Translations under genes and position numbers: made by a program | Notes under the pieces: model-generated | Told to the model about the DNA's origin: nothing | The model's input: only the letters and a program-made list of their open reading frames with translations | Database searches by the model: none | Part shown: in pieces, positions 12,589 to 27,312 of the stretch | How the letters are laid out: each line of letters opens with the position of its first letter | How positions within the stretch are numbered: the stretch's first letter is position 1 | Assembly (NCBI GenBank): GCA_951406725.2 | Contig: OX597816.1 | Span: forward strand, 51,956,001 to 52,020,000 | Direction of reading: 5' to 3' | DNA length: 64,000 bases | Source of the DNA: Octopus vulgaris | Lineage: Eukaryota

Positions 12589-13550
12589 TATAACAAAATA
12601 TAATTCAGCAGACTATTGATCAAATTGCTTTGGGAAGGCACCAGCTCGTCTTACTTATCTTAGGAATAATGCATCTAGGACTGCATTACTCAAAATGTTC
12701 GGCTTTCAAGCGCCTACGTTCGTAGTTTCTGCGAGCATCTAGCGCAGTTCCAGGACATTTACAACCAAATTTTTGCATATCATCTAAATTATCCCAAATG
12801 CATCAAATGATAGCTAAGATATAATCTTAGTTCAACTTAAGAGAAATATTACCCAAAAGTGTAACAAATCAAACCCTATTTCTTCGAAATAAAGGACTTA
12901 ATAATGTATTCCTCGATTCACTATAGTTAGAGAGAAAGTCGGGAAGGTCTCGGCTGGAATGTGTTTAATTATAGACTTGCTCTTTTAGAATTCACTTTAG
13001 ACTAAACAATAATATGTATATACGTCCGGCAGAATTTGTTGTCACGCAGCACCGACGATCGATATACATTTAAAACAAAAACAGACATTTTCAGCATAAT
13101 TGAAAAGAGCTTGAAACGAAAACATTTAGGTCAATTAATGCACAGTTTTAAAATAGTTAAATAAAAACTAATTTTTGTAAACTCATACAAAAGGGTAGAA
13201 TTTTTTAAAATCCTATTGTAAAGTATTTCAGCATTCGTGTCGGAGAGATGCAACGAATTAAGCGTATACAAATTCCAACATATAGGCATAAATACCCATA
13301 CACACATATTAATAAAACTATGTTTTTAATAAGTTCAAAGGAAAACTTTTTACACAAACTCTGACTCGCACACAAACATATACAGGCATAGAAAAGTATA
13401 TATTTGCATGCATAAATTTATATCTTTTTAAGCATAAATAAAACTGTGCGCACAGAAATGCATATTATGCATCATCACGGAAACATGTTCAGTAGAAATT
13501 ATATATATAAATGTTATATATATATATGTGTGTGTGTGTATCAATGTATG

Positions 13551-13581
<31 letters not shown>

Positions 13582-13613
13582 GTTTTATATCTATGTATTT
13601 ATGTGTATCAATG

Positions 13614-13671
<58 letters not shown>

Positions 13672-13672
13672 G

Positions 13673-13703
<31 letters not shown>

Positions 13704-13848
13704 GCATACATACATACATATAGACATTTAAACTTCGGTTTATGGATACCAAAGTTTTTGAGGAATGTGCATACATATATTTATATTCGTATATGTGTGT
13801 GCGTGCGCGCGTGTGAGTATGGAGTATGTTTATATTTATGTATGTATG

Positions 13849-13892
<44 letters not shown>

Positions 13893-14793
13893 TATATACA
13901 TGTATATATACTCCTACGTGTTTCTACTTTTATCTGCATACATAATATACGCATATATACATTATGTCTGTGAGCGTATGAGTGTATGTGTGTGCGTGTT
14001 TGTGTGTGCGCGCGCGCACGCAAGTATACCTTCTGTTGATGTGGATTTTAAAATTTAGGAAGGCTGGACATCAAATATGCCGCATAGTATGAATATGGAA
14101 TATTCACATCGAGCTACTTTGTGAGGTATGTTTTGGTGATTATTCACCTTGTCAAGTTAAATTACCTTCAAAATGCAATACTGGAGAAATATAAGATGGG
14201 ATGTTTAATTACATGCCAGGAGCTATAATAGTAACTCATGAAGCTATGAAGTATAATTTCACTTCATGAAAGTAAGTTATTTTATTATAGAAAGTGTTCT
14301 ATGACTTAAAGGTAGTCGGTGATATAACTTTATATCTATGTAGATTAGACAGGCTGGAACAGATAGATCATGGCTTGCCACATAAAGTACTATATTTCCT
14401 ATTTCTGTATATATATATCTACTAAAGGACTAAGGGCATGTATGTGATAGTTAATCCACGCAAATTATATTACGGCACTCTAGAACATGATATTTTTGCA
14501 GTACCTTTCTAAGGCAGATATATTTCTTCTTGATATCTCAGGTAACGTCTTGGTTCCTGTCTACTCTTTTATTGATTCATATGCCAACCCACCACAATGT
14601 AGCAATTGCTATATATATATATGACACTCCGTCGATTACGACCGCGAGGATTGCAGTTGGTCTGATCAACAACCTGCTCGCGAAATCAACGTGCAAGTGT
14701 CTGAGCACTCCACAAACATATCTACACTTAACGCAGTTCTCAGAGGGATTCAGCGTCAGAATGAGTGTAAGGCTGGCCCTTTGAAAGACAGGT

Positions 14794-14875
<82 letters not shown>

Positions 14876-14879
14876 GTAT

Positions 14880-15037
14880 ATATATGTATGATGGTCTTCT
14901 TTCAGTTTCAGTCAACCAAATCCACTAACAAGGCTTTGGTTGGTCCAAGGTTATAGTAGAAGACACTTGCTAAAAGTTCGACGCAGTCTGACTGAACCCA
15001 GTTCCATTTGTTTACGGAGCAAGCTTTCTTACCACAC
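14880..15037 (-). mobile_element. SINE family A 5' fragment
   Basis: Reverse-complement match to the family A head and CORE-like region. Confidence 0.7.
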
Positions 15038-16383
15038 ATCCTTACATTCATACATACATAGCACACACACACACACGTGCTCACACACGTATACACACAC
15101 ATGTATATAGGTATGTATTCTGAGCTTAGTTGTATAACCGCCTTTTGCGCAGTAAAAGATTGCAACACAGTCACCAAAACAGGTAGCTATGCAACGCGAT
15201 AACATATGGTAATTTTTCAATATCTAGTCCATGGTATTGTATATCTGAGATCCGGCCTTATCCTAGTGTCCGCAAGAGGTTAAAAAACTAATAATTGGCT
15301 CTGTAAGGCATCAGGTCTTTTGATACAGGCCATATTACTGCATTTACTTACGAGCAATTTCATTTCTATAGAAGATATCACCGTGACTTGGCAATTTTTC
15401 CTCCCTTTTGGATACACTTTTTTGTTTTCTAATTGTAAGATACAAAATCGTAATTTAATAAATATCGAAAATTGGTTAAAAAGTATAGATATGACGTTTG
15501 TTGTGGCTCCGAGATGTGATATTACGATTTTGTTTCACAGCATTATAGTTCATGCATAGACCCACTTTAACTGTTCTCAGCATTTGTAATTGTATATTAA
15601 ATTGTTATATTATATTTTCAAAACATTATATTGATACAAATGTACTTATACAGTAATTTTAAATTTGATTAGTCTATTTATATTGCTGTGACTTGTTTTA
15701 AGACATTAACAAAATAATGTATTTTTTTTTAGCAACTGTATAAACCCAATTGCACTCAACATTATTGTGAACGCTTGTGCAGTTGAAACACTTGAGCAGC
15801 TATGTGCGTTCCCATGACGTGATACTTTGGTCAATGGCATCTTCAAATAAAATAAGAACTTTTTTGGTGAATGACCCCGCTTTTCCAATCTTCTTAATTT
15901 CCATGGTTTGTAAAATGTAATGCAATTAGCAATACGGTGAGTTCGTGATCTGAGATTAAGCTATTTTTACATTGTATTGTTTTGTATTAGATTGATACTA
16001 GTGTCACGAGGCCGTGATGTTAGCTTCAGCTGCTATTCTTCATATCACTGTAGTATAAGAACAGAAGTAGGGAACCTGCGGCCTTCTGAAAGAAATGCGT
16101 TGAGGAGAAAACAATTGTACTGAAATTTATTTTCATTGGTTTAATTACGTTTATAGTGAAACTTTCCAACTAATTGTTAACTTCAAAAATATACATTTAT
16201 ATTTTTATTCACACTTGTAATTACTGAGCGAAGACAGAATGCATGTTCTTGTTTTGTCGATGGTAATGTTACCAAACTTCATGTTAACTTCTCAATCAAA
16301 CTAACAAATGATCTCTTATGATGTATTTCACTCTTCCATCAAATTTTGATTTCAAAATGCAAAGATACCAGGCAGATAGTGTT

Positions 16384-16624
16384 TCTTATTTCTTTACTAC
16401 TCACAAGAGGCTACACTCAGGGGGGGACAAACAAGAACAAACAAACGAATTAAGTCGATTATATTAACCTCAATGCGTAATTGGAACTTATTTAATCGAC
16501 CCCGAAAGGATGAAAGACAAAGTCGACCTCGGCGTAATTTGAACTCAGAACGTAGCAGCAGACGAAATACCGCTCAGCATTTCGCCCGGTGTGCTAACGT
16601 TTCTGCCAGCTCGCCGCCAATACA
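16384..16624 (-). mobile_element. SINE family B, monomer
   Basis: Full head-to-tail match; TSD CAGATAGTGTT at 16373-16383 and 16625-16635. Confidence 0.85.
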
Positions 16625-17139
16625 CAGATAGTGTTGTGTGTATTTAACTAAATATTCCTTATTTCTTAGTCATTCTTCGTACACTAAAGAAACACTCTGC
16701 ATGTATTAGACAAGGTTTCCTCATTTTATTTACTGCGGGTTTCCAAATGTCTTTTACAATACATCCTTATATTAACGAATGTACAAAACATAACAAAACA
16801 AAAAGATGCATTTCTATGAGATGGTCAGTCCAGTAAAGAAAAAGGAATTATTTCCAATATCTAAAATATCTTATAATGGGACTCTCAAAATATAGTTTTA
16901 AGTGAAAACAATCATGGCATGAAATGTACAATGCCTGTATAGATCTCTCGTTATATATCAGATATCACAAAATATTTTGAAAATTGTGTCAAACGCTCAT
17001 TATAATCACGCATGCGAAAGGCAGGAATAGATCAAATTGTGTGAATGAAGATAGTAATTAATTGTAGTTAGTGTTTCGCCTAGGATTTCAGTAATTCTGG
17101 AGGGAAAAGCTATCATAGCTACGAAATAGAAATTATCCT

Positions 17140-17560
17140 TTTTTTTCTGCCTTTTACCCCCCAACGCGGCGTATAGGCCACTTGTAATTGAATTCCATGT
17201 CGCATAATTTTTCGCTTCTGTACTTATACTCTGCCATGAAAGACCCCCTCTAGTTCCTTTTGTGTTGATCTACGCCATGAGTTCTTAGGCCTACTTCTCT
17301 TTCTATATCCACCCGGTTTCCACTGTAAAGCACTTTTCGCTACATTTGGTGTTTCTTTCCTAATTGTGCTACCAATCCACTTCTACTTTTTCTTAAATAT
17401 TTGCTCCCCATTCGAAGCTTGATTTGTTCTTTGCCATAGCTCCATATTGCTAATGTGTTCGGGCCATCTAATTTTAAGTATACTACGCAAGCATCTGTTG
17501 ATGAATGATTATATTTGCTTATTTGACTTAACTGTTCTTCGCTATGTCTTATCCTTTGGT
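17140..17560 (-). pseudogene. Decayed 3' end of an RTE-clade LINE
   Basis: Manual translation gives FINRCLRSILKIRWPEHISNMELWQRTNQ..KWIG..ALQWKPGGYRKRSRPKNSWRRST, typical of an RTE ORF C-terminus, with stops and frameshifts. Confidence 0.75.
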
Positions 17561-17967
17561 AGACGAATAAAATTATTCGAAAGGAATCCCTCAACTTTGT
17601 GACATCTTGTGAATCGAAATTTGCACAATCCATTACCAATGTTGTAATTGCTTAGCTTAGAAAATGTTGGCTAAATCTACTAAGACTCGTTGTACAGACA
17701 TAGAAGAATTGTTTTCAGTTGTTCTAAATTGGAAGGGAAGTTAAGTGGAGAGTAGTCTAAAAAAGGAGGCAAATATACGAAAATCTACAATTGTTAATTG
17801 CGCATTACATAAGCTAAATCTTATTGCAAATGACCGTAATGCATTTGATAAACTAAAGATTTCTATTGGCAGTCAGTTATCGTTAATGTTTTCCGTGTGC
17901 AAATAGAAAAGTTCATTTTCTAAGGTAACCGTGCGATCTGAAACGATATTGAATGTAAGATACAAAA

Positions 17968-18180
17968 GGCTGCAAGCAGAATCGTTAGCAAATCAGATAA
18001 AATTCTTAGCGGTATTTCGCCCGTCTTTACGTTTTGAATTCAAATTTTGCCGATGTTGACTATGCCTTGCATCCTTTCGGTGTCGATAAAATAAGCACTA
18101 GTTGAACACTGAGATCGCACTAATTGTCTTACCCCATACATCAAAATTGCTGGAGTTGTGCCAAAAATTTGAAACCATTG
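17968..18180 (+). mobile_element. Diverged SINE family B
   Basis: GCAGAATCGTTAGC..CATCCTTTCGGTGTCGATAAAATAAG. Confidence 0.7.
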
Positions 18181-18514
18181 CAAAATACTAAAGTAACAGT
18201 AATGGAGTTATTTTTTCGAACAACTTTGAAAAACTTTTTGTCAGATATGTATAATTCTCATAGAAGCTTCGGGTAAAATACGCCAAGAAGCACATCAGTT
18301 GAAAGATAACAGCTTTTCTTGTTTGGTTTATAGTTTTAACCTATTCAGCACAATGGGAATCGGTAACGCAAATTCTCCAGGATTCTCAAATTCATACAGT
18401 AAAATGCATAATGATGTCCAGGAGCTCTTAAGTATAATTCTTGAACAAAAGCAAATGGCAAGCTAAACAATTCGACTAGCTTATTTTGAAGATCAAATAA
18501 TTATCTGAAATTAC

Positions 18515-18690
18515 AGTTCTATATTTAAGAGATGAGGAATTATGTACATTACTTACATTATTGACATTCGACGAATATTTGTACTCATCTTGTTGTTAAG
18601 ACAACGTTTCGGCTGATATACCCTCCAGCCTTCTTCAGGTGTCTTGGGGAAATTTCGAACCTGGGTTCTCATTCCTAAGGTATTTTTTAA

Positions 18691-18763
<73 letters not shown>

Positions 18764-18923
18764 ACATCGAAAAATACTTTAGGAATGAGAACCTAGGTTC
18801 GAAATTTCCCCAAGACACCTGAAGAAGGCTGGAGGATATATCAGCCGAAACGCTGTGTTAACAACAAATAAGATGAGGAAAAATATCCGTCGAATGTAAA
18901 TAATGTAAATAATTTAAATAATG
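18515..18923. mobile_element. Inverted (hairpin) insertion of the HHR-SINE tail
   Basis: Minus arm 18515-18695 and plus arm ~18762-18923 around (GTT)n(ATT)n; HHR motifs at 18598-18645 (-) and 18814-18859 (+); TSD TATCTGAAATTAC at 18502-18514 and 18924-18936. Confidence 0.85.
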
Positions 18924-20242
18924 TATCTGAAATTACTTTGTTCAGTCTACCTTATCATTTAAAAATATTTTTAAATGCTTTGCTGCTGAACATTAACAAC
19001 GCTTAGCTTCTATTCCTTTGCCTTATTTTTATTATTGTTAGAATGACAAAGCTTAAGAAATAAATATTTATGAATCTGACTGCAAAATTAATTAAATTGT
19101 ATTATATTGAAACTTTAGATAGTCTGGCAGTCACTTGATTTGAAATCTGGTCAAAAATGAAGAAACAAAGTTAGGTACGTAAAGGATTAAATCGTCGTTC
19201 AAGTTAACAATAACAGATAAGCGTTCACCTGAATTGTGCATGACGACTTTTCGTTTAATAAAAGCTTTTGAGACACACTAAAACACAGTAACTGATTGAT
19301 TCGATCAAGACCAAAAAATTTCTTGCAGTTTTATTTCTTAATGTTAGAAACAGGAAAACTGAAATATACAGAAGACATAACCATTTGCTTCCCTCGACAT
19401 TTATCGTGATTTTTACCATTTTCACTCATAAGAACTTGCGAGAACTGAGCATATTAATCAAGGAAAAGCCGTGGAGTACTCTGTAGTCAATGTTACACTT
19501 ACCATTGATTATAATATTCGTGTCAGTTATACATCAGTATCACTAAGTTATCGGGAAGTTTCACTAACGTTTTATGACCCATCCATTATTTTTGTGTTCA
19601 AAAACGGTGTGTCATCCTTTAAAAATTATATCTAATTCAGGCTTTCGGAATTCCAGCCATATTGTGTAAATATTATGTTATATATTATTTTAACTAATAA
19701 TCAGCATGTCATATGACTATAATTGGGATATTTATTATTTTTTTTCAGTTATATTGTGTTTGGAACGTTAAATAGTAATTTTAAAGCATTCATGCAATTT
19801 AACGTATCTAGAATCTATTCCACTATTTACTTTGGTATAACACAAGAAATTTAATTCAAGATATCGCATACAAAATAGGTGTGCAGCATTATTTACACTT
19901 GACTGTAAAACATCATTATACAGATAATTTGCAACACTGGTTTTCGAATAAAAAATGAGATGACATTATATTCGTTGTGACATTGTACACTAGTAAATAC
20001 GGTGGAATATCATATTTAATCTACAGGTTTCCCATTTGTTTTAGTTAGACGGGTTTTTTGTTATTGTTGTTTGCAAAACGTCTAATACAAGTTTTATTTT
20101 ATTTTTCAACAACGGTCGTGCCCCAGTAGGACCACAGTTTTAAAACTGAAACAATTTAAAGAAGTTAAACAATAAACCTTGTTTGTAATTTGAAATTCAT
20201 TAACCATAATTGTGATATATTTAAATCTAATCTAAACTATAT

Positions 20243-20432
20243 AAAGGGAAAGTTTACGAAAATAAACAAAAGACGAAGGCAGGTGGTGTACAAGCAAACA
20301 GATTTATTAGTATAGCGCTCAGGAATAGAAAAAGTCTTTTTACGTTTCGAGCCTACGCTCTTCTACAGAAAGATACACAGAAAAAAACAAGGAGAGAAAA
20401 AATGTGTGTAGTAGCAAACGATCTATCATGGT
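20243..20432 (-). mobile_element. Short PLE-like repeat with variant hammerhead (20335-20373)
   Basis: Minus strand: UCUUU CUGUAGA A GAGC-GUAG-GCUC GAAA CG UA AAAAGA; related copy at 36602-36767. Confidence 0.6.
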
Positions 20433-21185
20433 GTCTATATTTAGCCGGACAATTTTATCATTCAGATTAAATTTTGAGAAAATCACTCAGATATACACAT
20501 CATATACATATCAATGACTGTATTAGTCATGTTATCATAGTGCCAAATATGAGTGTAACTTGCAATATACAATTGCAGGTAAGATGATTATGAGAGACTA
20601 ATAACGACGATTCAGTCTATGGATAAATATCATTGTGATATGCTGATAGTAATTTTGAGATTTTTCTTACAAAATAAAAGTATTTATGATATCATATTAA
20701 ATAAAGAATACCGATGCATTACGATCATTTTTAGTGAACTCAAAATTTGTTTCGGATAAACAGAATGTTTTCAATTAATTTTGAAATTTAATAGGTAGTT
20801 TGCAACGAACATCATATTTTGGGCAAGGTATGATGATTATTGGTCACGAATTCTCAAATAATTTATTTTTATAATGATTTATCTTAAGAAAGTATTATCG
20901 AAATAATAGTCTCATATGGTTTAAGAAAAAATCTGTTATTGGTCAAATTCCAAAACTTTCCTCAAGCGGAGGGGTGAGTTTACATACAACACATCCAGAT
21001 TTCACAGCTGTAGAATGTCCTTTGGTTCACCGCCTCCTACATTCAATAAAACGTATTTGCTTACGGTAATTCTAATTTTCCCCACCCACTGAAATATTTC
21101 AGCGGACGCCCTGGTTCATCATGTCGCATAGACATTATGTTTTACACACACACACACACACACACAAACGCATAAACACACACAA

Positions 21186-21252
<67 letters not shown>

Positions 21253-21723
21253 AACAAACCCACAGGTCTAACCTCTGCCGCACCCCGACATCTAGATGCC
21301 ACGAGCTTACAATCAAAGAAATTCTCTTATCTGAAGAAGCTGCTGTCGCTGCGGAATCGACCTTATTCTGACGCCACTATGTGGTCCGCCTCGAAAAAAT
21401 AGCAGCCTACTTTTCCGTTACGTCTTGGACTTCCTCTGTTGTTCTAATCGGAAATCTAAGCTTCAAAGAGACTGGCTTCTTTCAGAGGCTCACAAACCTT
21501 TAATTCGCATGCAGCCGCATCAATTTTTTAAAAAGCAATATATGTAACTCCTACTAAATAATTTGTTGAATGCGTTTTTCCTTCCTTTGTCCTCTCATTC
21601 GCATATATATATATATTATCCAGTAATAATTCTTATCATACAAGAATTTAGAGATATATTCCCTGGGCTATTCTAAATATATTACCTTTAACCATATATG
21701 ATTCCAAGGGTATTTGATATCAG

Positions 21724-21762
<39 letters not shown>

Positions 21763-22675
21763 TAATAATAATAATAAGCATTATTATGAAGTAGCATTAG
21801 CATTGCATTTAATTTATATTTATATATAAATGCAATCTCACATAGACCTACACATGTTTCTATTACAAAGAGTAGTAACCGTTGCAATTACAACCTTACA
21901 ATAATACTGGTGCGGGTTCATCAGTGTTTTCACTATAATACTTTTGGCATTTAATTGGTTAAAGATTTCTGCTGATTATTTCTACGTTAATTTAGACACG
22001 AAATATCTTTAATTCATGAATTGACTAAGTAATCACTCGTTTATTCTTTATATTCAGTTATTTCAAATCATTTCGTGGTTAAAATGTTTATAACTCATTT
22101 ATATTGAGCAAAGATAAATTTTCTCTTATTTAAGCATCTTAAAGCTTGTTCTTTTCTAGAATTTATTATGTTACCCACAGATGTAGAACTTTGGTAAAAT
22201 TCTTCTATATATAGGTCGCATTTATTAGTTCCTGCTCTCTACAGTAATAATTAAATCCCAGTTGGCAGTATAATCTTTGTTTCTGTCTTTCATAGTCCAG
22301 ATTAATCTACTTAAACTTGCTTGGAAAGTTTTATTTTCATCTCTAAATTAATTTGAGTGATTAGCAAGTCTTTTTTTTTTCTTTTTATTTTGAAAATTAG
22401 TGCAGTCGCACCGCTGTAAATTTATTCATTTCTCTCAGATATAACTTTACATCTATATATTACATTTTTAGTTTTACACTTATTATTCACATAACAGTAG
22501 TCCCGTTTAGAATAATTGCAGAGATAATTTTTCACACTTCTCTCAGATTTGGTATTACGTGCATGTTTTCAAAACTACAGTACAATTCCATGCTTGTATG
22601 TGTAAATAAGTACTATGTTTTTATGTATACGTACGGGGAGGAATATAATGTTTACGTTTATATATACATACATAC

Positions 22676-23071
22676 TCTTTATCTTTCACTCGTTTTAGTC
22701 ATTTGACTGCAGCCATGCTGAAGCACCGCCTTTAGTCGAGCAAATCGACCCCAGGACTTATTCTTTTCTAAGCCTAATACTTACTCTATCGGTGTCTTTT
22801 GCCGAACCGCTAAGTTACAGGGACGTGAACACACCAGCATCGGTAGTCAAGAGATATTGGGGGACAAACACAGACACACAAACACACACACATATATATA
22901 CATATAAACGATGGGCTTCTTTCAGTTTCCGTCTACCAATCCACTCACAAGGCTTTGATCGGCTCGAGGCTATAGTAGAAGACGCTTACCGGAGTTGCCA
23001 CGCAGTGGGACTGAACACGGAATCATGTGGCTGGTAAGCAAGCTACTTATCACACAGCTACTCCTACGCCT
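22676..23071 (-). mobile_element. SINE family A, full length
   Basis: Head-to-tail match on the minus strand. Confidence 0.85.
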
Positions 23072-23149
23072 ATATATATATATATACTTAGATAAGTATT
23101 GGCGAGCTTTGGCCCAGACCATGCCTGACTAAATATCACCATTTGGAAA

Positions 23150-23920
23150 TTACATTTAAAGATGTTTCCTATTAGACACTCTTTAACACTCGTAGCCTAT
23201 TAGATAGTTATTGTTGGTGGAGATATATCTGGAGGTAGATGGTTTATCTGGAATTCGATGGATGTATTTGTTCAGGAACCGCTTAAGAGCTAGAGGTTCA
23301 TTTTTTTTCTAAAAATTGTCCTACTATGGTATTAAAGAAAGCAGTACTAGTTGAGGTGAATTATTTGTGTCTTTGTGCTTTGATGTGTCGTGAACATGAC
23401 TTTTGTAGAGTACGAATAGCATGGGGTCTAAACGTCGAATTAATTTTAAAGTGGATGCTAACATCATTTGAGCAGTGCTGTTGGAATATTTACCACATCG
23501 TACAAATAATATAGCACCCAGGGGGGCGTTGAAGGGAATAAACATTAAGTTTCTCGAGACGGTCCCAGTTATCAAGACTTGTCATGTCGTCTATATTCCC
23601 TGTGATTGATTTCTGGGGTGCTTTAATGTTTATGATATTCTGTTTAGGTAGGAAGACCAAAGCGGACAATAGTATTCAAAGTAAGAAAGGGCGAAGGTGG
23701 AGAGGTGAATGAAGGATAATGGTAGGATCCTTTTCTAAACCGGAAAGTTCTGAGGGTCCAGGAGCAGCCCTTGCGTATCACATCGATTTTGTCGTTTACG
23801 TGAGCTCCCCAGCTTAAGATTTTGAATCCTATTGAACCCTTTGACAGAAGTTCTAAATGGATTAACCGACGTCTCGACGCTTGGTCAGTGGAGAGAATTA
23901 ACAGCGTTGCTGATGCCCTG
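23150..23920 (-). pseudogene. Decayed 3' region of a CR1/L2-group LINE
   Basis: Manual translation gives YIICTMW*IFQQHCSNDVSIHFK..LKRFLNKYIHRIPDKP..NNN, resembling a LINE ORF2 C-terminus; heavily disrupted. Confidence 0.5.
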
Positions 23921-24018
23921 TGGTGTCACAAATTATTTCTGGCATTTTTACTTGGCAGATGCTGGAGAAAATATACTCCTTCTTCTCCTCTTCCACCATA
24001 GTGTTATTTTCATTTTTC

Positions 24019-24071
<53 letters not shown>

Positions 24072-24547
24072 GATATTACTGTAGGTGATGATGTTATTTC
24101 TGTCTTTATCACGCTTGTTATTATTATTAGCTTATATCCGGTCTTATTTCTCTAAGGGATGTCAATTTACAAACTTTATTGGAAGTTGTAACCTCATGCA
24201 TAACGATTTCCTCAGCTATTCACTCAGCTGTATGCTACAAGTATTAAGACATATACACACACAAGCGCGCGCGCGCGCACACACACCAAGGCGCACGTAA
24301 AGCACAGACACACACACACGCACACCACAGACACATACACCCATATACACGGAGAACTTCGTTATATTGAAGGTAACATTTTGGCAAACAAATGAAAACA
24401 TACAAATAGTTTTCTTTTACGTATACACACGTGCAAATAAATTAACTCTAGCGCATCCATCCACTACATTTCTTCCTTCTGTAAACCAAACGCCTACATG
24501 TGTATATGTAATGGGTATGTATGTACGTCTGTATGTGTAAGTATGTC

Positions 24548-24617
<70 letters not shown>

Positions 24618-24934
24618 GGGGGGGGAGGTAAACTTGTATTAGCTTAGATATATGAATATATAACAACAAAACCAGCAGCAACAATAACAATGGTAGAGAA
24701 GGGAAGCAGGGTTTAAAAGGTAGCATAAGGAGGGGACAACAGAAATTCACGAGGAAAACAAAAACCCAAGGGAAACAAATTTAAACCCTTCCTCAAGCGT
24801 TGACTAAAAATTTACACAATTTCAGCAGCTTCTGAAAAATTGTTCAAATTTGGCGATGTCGGCAAAATGGGAGCTGCTCGTCATAGATAAGCCACCCGAA
24901 AACTATGCTATAGATGGACGTTAAGAGAAAAATA

Positions 24935-25345
24935 AAGGCGGCAAACTGGCAGAAACGTTAGCATGCCGGGCGAAATGCGTAGCCGTATTTCGCCTGAGGT
25001 TACGTTCTGAGTTCAAATTCTCCCGAGATCGTCTTTGCCTTTCATCCTTTCGGGGTCGATAGATTAAGTACCAGTTACGCATTGCGGTCGATATAATCGA
25101 CTTAATCCGCTTGTTTGTCCTTGTTTGTCCTCTCTGTGTTTAGCCCCTTGTGGGTAGTAAAGAAATAGAAATAGGTATTTCGTCTGCTGCTGCGTTCTGA
25201 ATTCAAATTCCGCCGAGATCGACTTTGCCTTTCATCCTTTCGGGGTCGATAAATTAAGTACCAGTTACGCATTGTAATCGACTTAATCCCTTTGTCTGTC
25301 CTTGTCCCCTCTGTTTAGACCCTTGTGGGCAATAAAGAAATAGGA
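24935..25345 (+). mobile_element. SINE family B with internal duplication
   Basis: Head plus two copies of the body, joined at GAAATAG/GTATTTCG. Confidence 0.85.
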
Positions 25346-26036
25346 GAAAAATATAGAACAAATTAAACGAGGTATTTGTGTGTGAGAGTGTATGTGAGTG
25401 TGTGCGTGTGCGTATGTGTGTGTGTCTGTGTGTGTGCTTGTGCATTACTAGAAATAAGTCAAAACATTTGTAGCAATGCTGGTGCTAATAAGCCACCTTC
25501 ATTATTCATAGTTTTCACTTTTACCATTTATGAAATCAGCGTGCGATTTCTCCGGTAACGCTTATAAACTGAGAAGGTGAGCCACCTAATCTTAGATTGT
25601 CGGGTAAGAGTCCATGACGATCTTTAACCAAACACGAAATCACTCCCTTGTCTCCCTTGTCAGTCGTAAGATAAGTGCTCTCTCGTGGCTATGAGTTATT
25701 TTGGCTCTTATTTCTAACAATCCTAGTGCTAACTAGTACCCTTAGTCAATTTAGTGACGTCTATACTTCTGTCTTTCGGTTGTAAATTGCCAATAAGCCA
25801 CCTTACAAAGGGGTCTAATGCTCTTAGCTTAGACTTTTTGTGGGGCAACCAGACCGAGTCATCTCAAGTGTAACTACCCGAAATGGTCGTGACTCCTGGT
25901 ACTTAACTGAGTAAAGAAGGCCACAAACGACTCGTCTTTTTTTTTGCCTGTACTTCTAATTGCTGTTTCTCTTGTCCGCCTTTGTATTGTCTATCTATCC
26001 GAATGTTTTATTGTCCCCCATTGCGTTTTGTTCCAT

Positions 26037-26101
<65 letters not shown>

Positions 26102-26238
26102 TCAATAAATGGTGGGGTTGTGTTGACCGCACGTGGAGAAATGATAAGTAAGGAAAATTTTTTTTTTAAATGCAGAATGCTCAAATGAAAGAAAATTTTA
26201 ATAAAATGAGAAATTGATAAAATATATAAATATATATT

Positions 26239-26279
26239 TATTCAACCGGTTTTCGTCATTGTATGACTTGTCAAGAATA
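26239..26279 (-). ncRNA. Variant minimal hammerhead in the 3' pLTR (U3-A8 core)
   Basis: UAUUC UUGACAA GUCAU-ACA-AUGAC GAAAA CCGG UU GAAUA. Confidence 0.55.
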
Positions 26280-26907
26280 TTTATGTTTTAAAAAGTTTTT
26301 TTAAAAATTAGAAAGGGGAAAAAAAGAAAATTGCATTGTTTTTTGTAAAAGAATAATGATAAAAATGTACAAAAATTAAAAAATAAGTTCTCCGATACAT
26401 TGTGAGTTCGTTGTGTATCTTGAGTTTTATAGTTGTTTACGAAAAAATTACCTTGAGGTGTTAAGATCCAAAGGGATTAAGAGCATGTGTTGTGTTGTTA
26501 AATTCAGCATGTTTGCAGGACAGGAAGTAGTAGTAATTGTGGTCCTGGTTCTTCAGTTCCTGTGTTGTGAGTAAGGGGAGACAACTCTTTTGAGTTCTTC
26601 AATAAAACCCAAATTATAAAATTAATATTTTAGCTTCATTTGTGTTATCTTTTTTATATAATTGCTTGTTAACTTAACTTTCAGATTTTAACACTTTATT
26701 TATATTATTTTCTAATTATATAAATCTGCATAGACAATTGCATTTCAAATTGTCATATCATTTATAATAAAAATGATAGTAATAACAACAATAGTAAAAA
26801 TGATACTTAAAGAATATAAGTTTTAGCTTGAAGTGATGAATGCATGGTATCTTTATATATTTGTGTTAGTCCATCCATGAAGAGTGAGGTAGAGAAAGGA
26901 AGTTTGA

Positions 26908-27312
26908 TCAACGAGGAGTTTGCATATTAAGTTGTGTTTGGAATTTTTCAATAAAGAGATTCTCCTTGTTAATTCTCTCCTGTGTGGTGATCCCGTCTTT
27001 ACATTGGTAGAAGGGGAATATATAGAATTTGGGGTTTAAGTCTTTAGCACATGAGTCTAAGTGGTCACTCAGTGGAATTTGTCGGTATTCCGGGAGATTT
27101 ATTTGTTCTTTATGCACCGTTACTCGTTTACGTAACGGGAGACTCGTTTGTCCAACATAATTATGTTGGCAACCAGCGCATGTGAGAACGTAGATAAGGT
27201 TCTCGGAGGAACAGGAGAAGTTAGTCTTGATTTTAAACTTCGTACCTTGTTTGAAGGTAAATTCAGAGCCTTCAAGTAGAAAGGGGCAGGTACCACAGTT
27301 TGAGCGTTCACC
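26908..27312 (-). pseudogene. PLE GIY-YIG endonuclease domain
   Basis: Manual translation: ERSNCGTCPFLLEG..CSSENLIYVLTCAGCQHNYVGQTSLPLRKRVTVHKEQI..HL..RINKENLFI..LN; one-base frameshift from the RT ORF near 27313. Confidence 0.9.

Noticed and set aside
15134-15283. Possible piggyBac-like MITE (..CGCAAGAGGTTAA)
   Set aside because: Left end matches poorly and has no intact TTAA
21330-21490. CTGAAGA followed by AGCTGCT..AGCAGC pairing, possible hammerhead
   Set aside because: No GAAA at the base of the stem and no stem I or III
25598-26040. Possible solo LTR (starts TG, relatively GC-rich)
   Set aside because: No second copy, CA end or TSD identifiable
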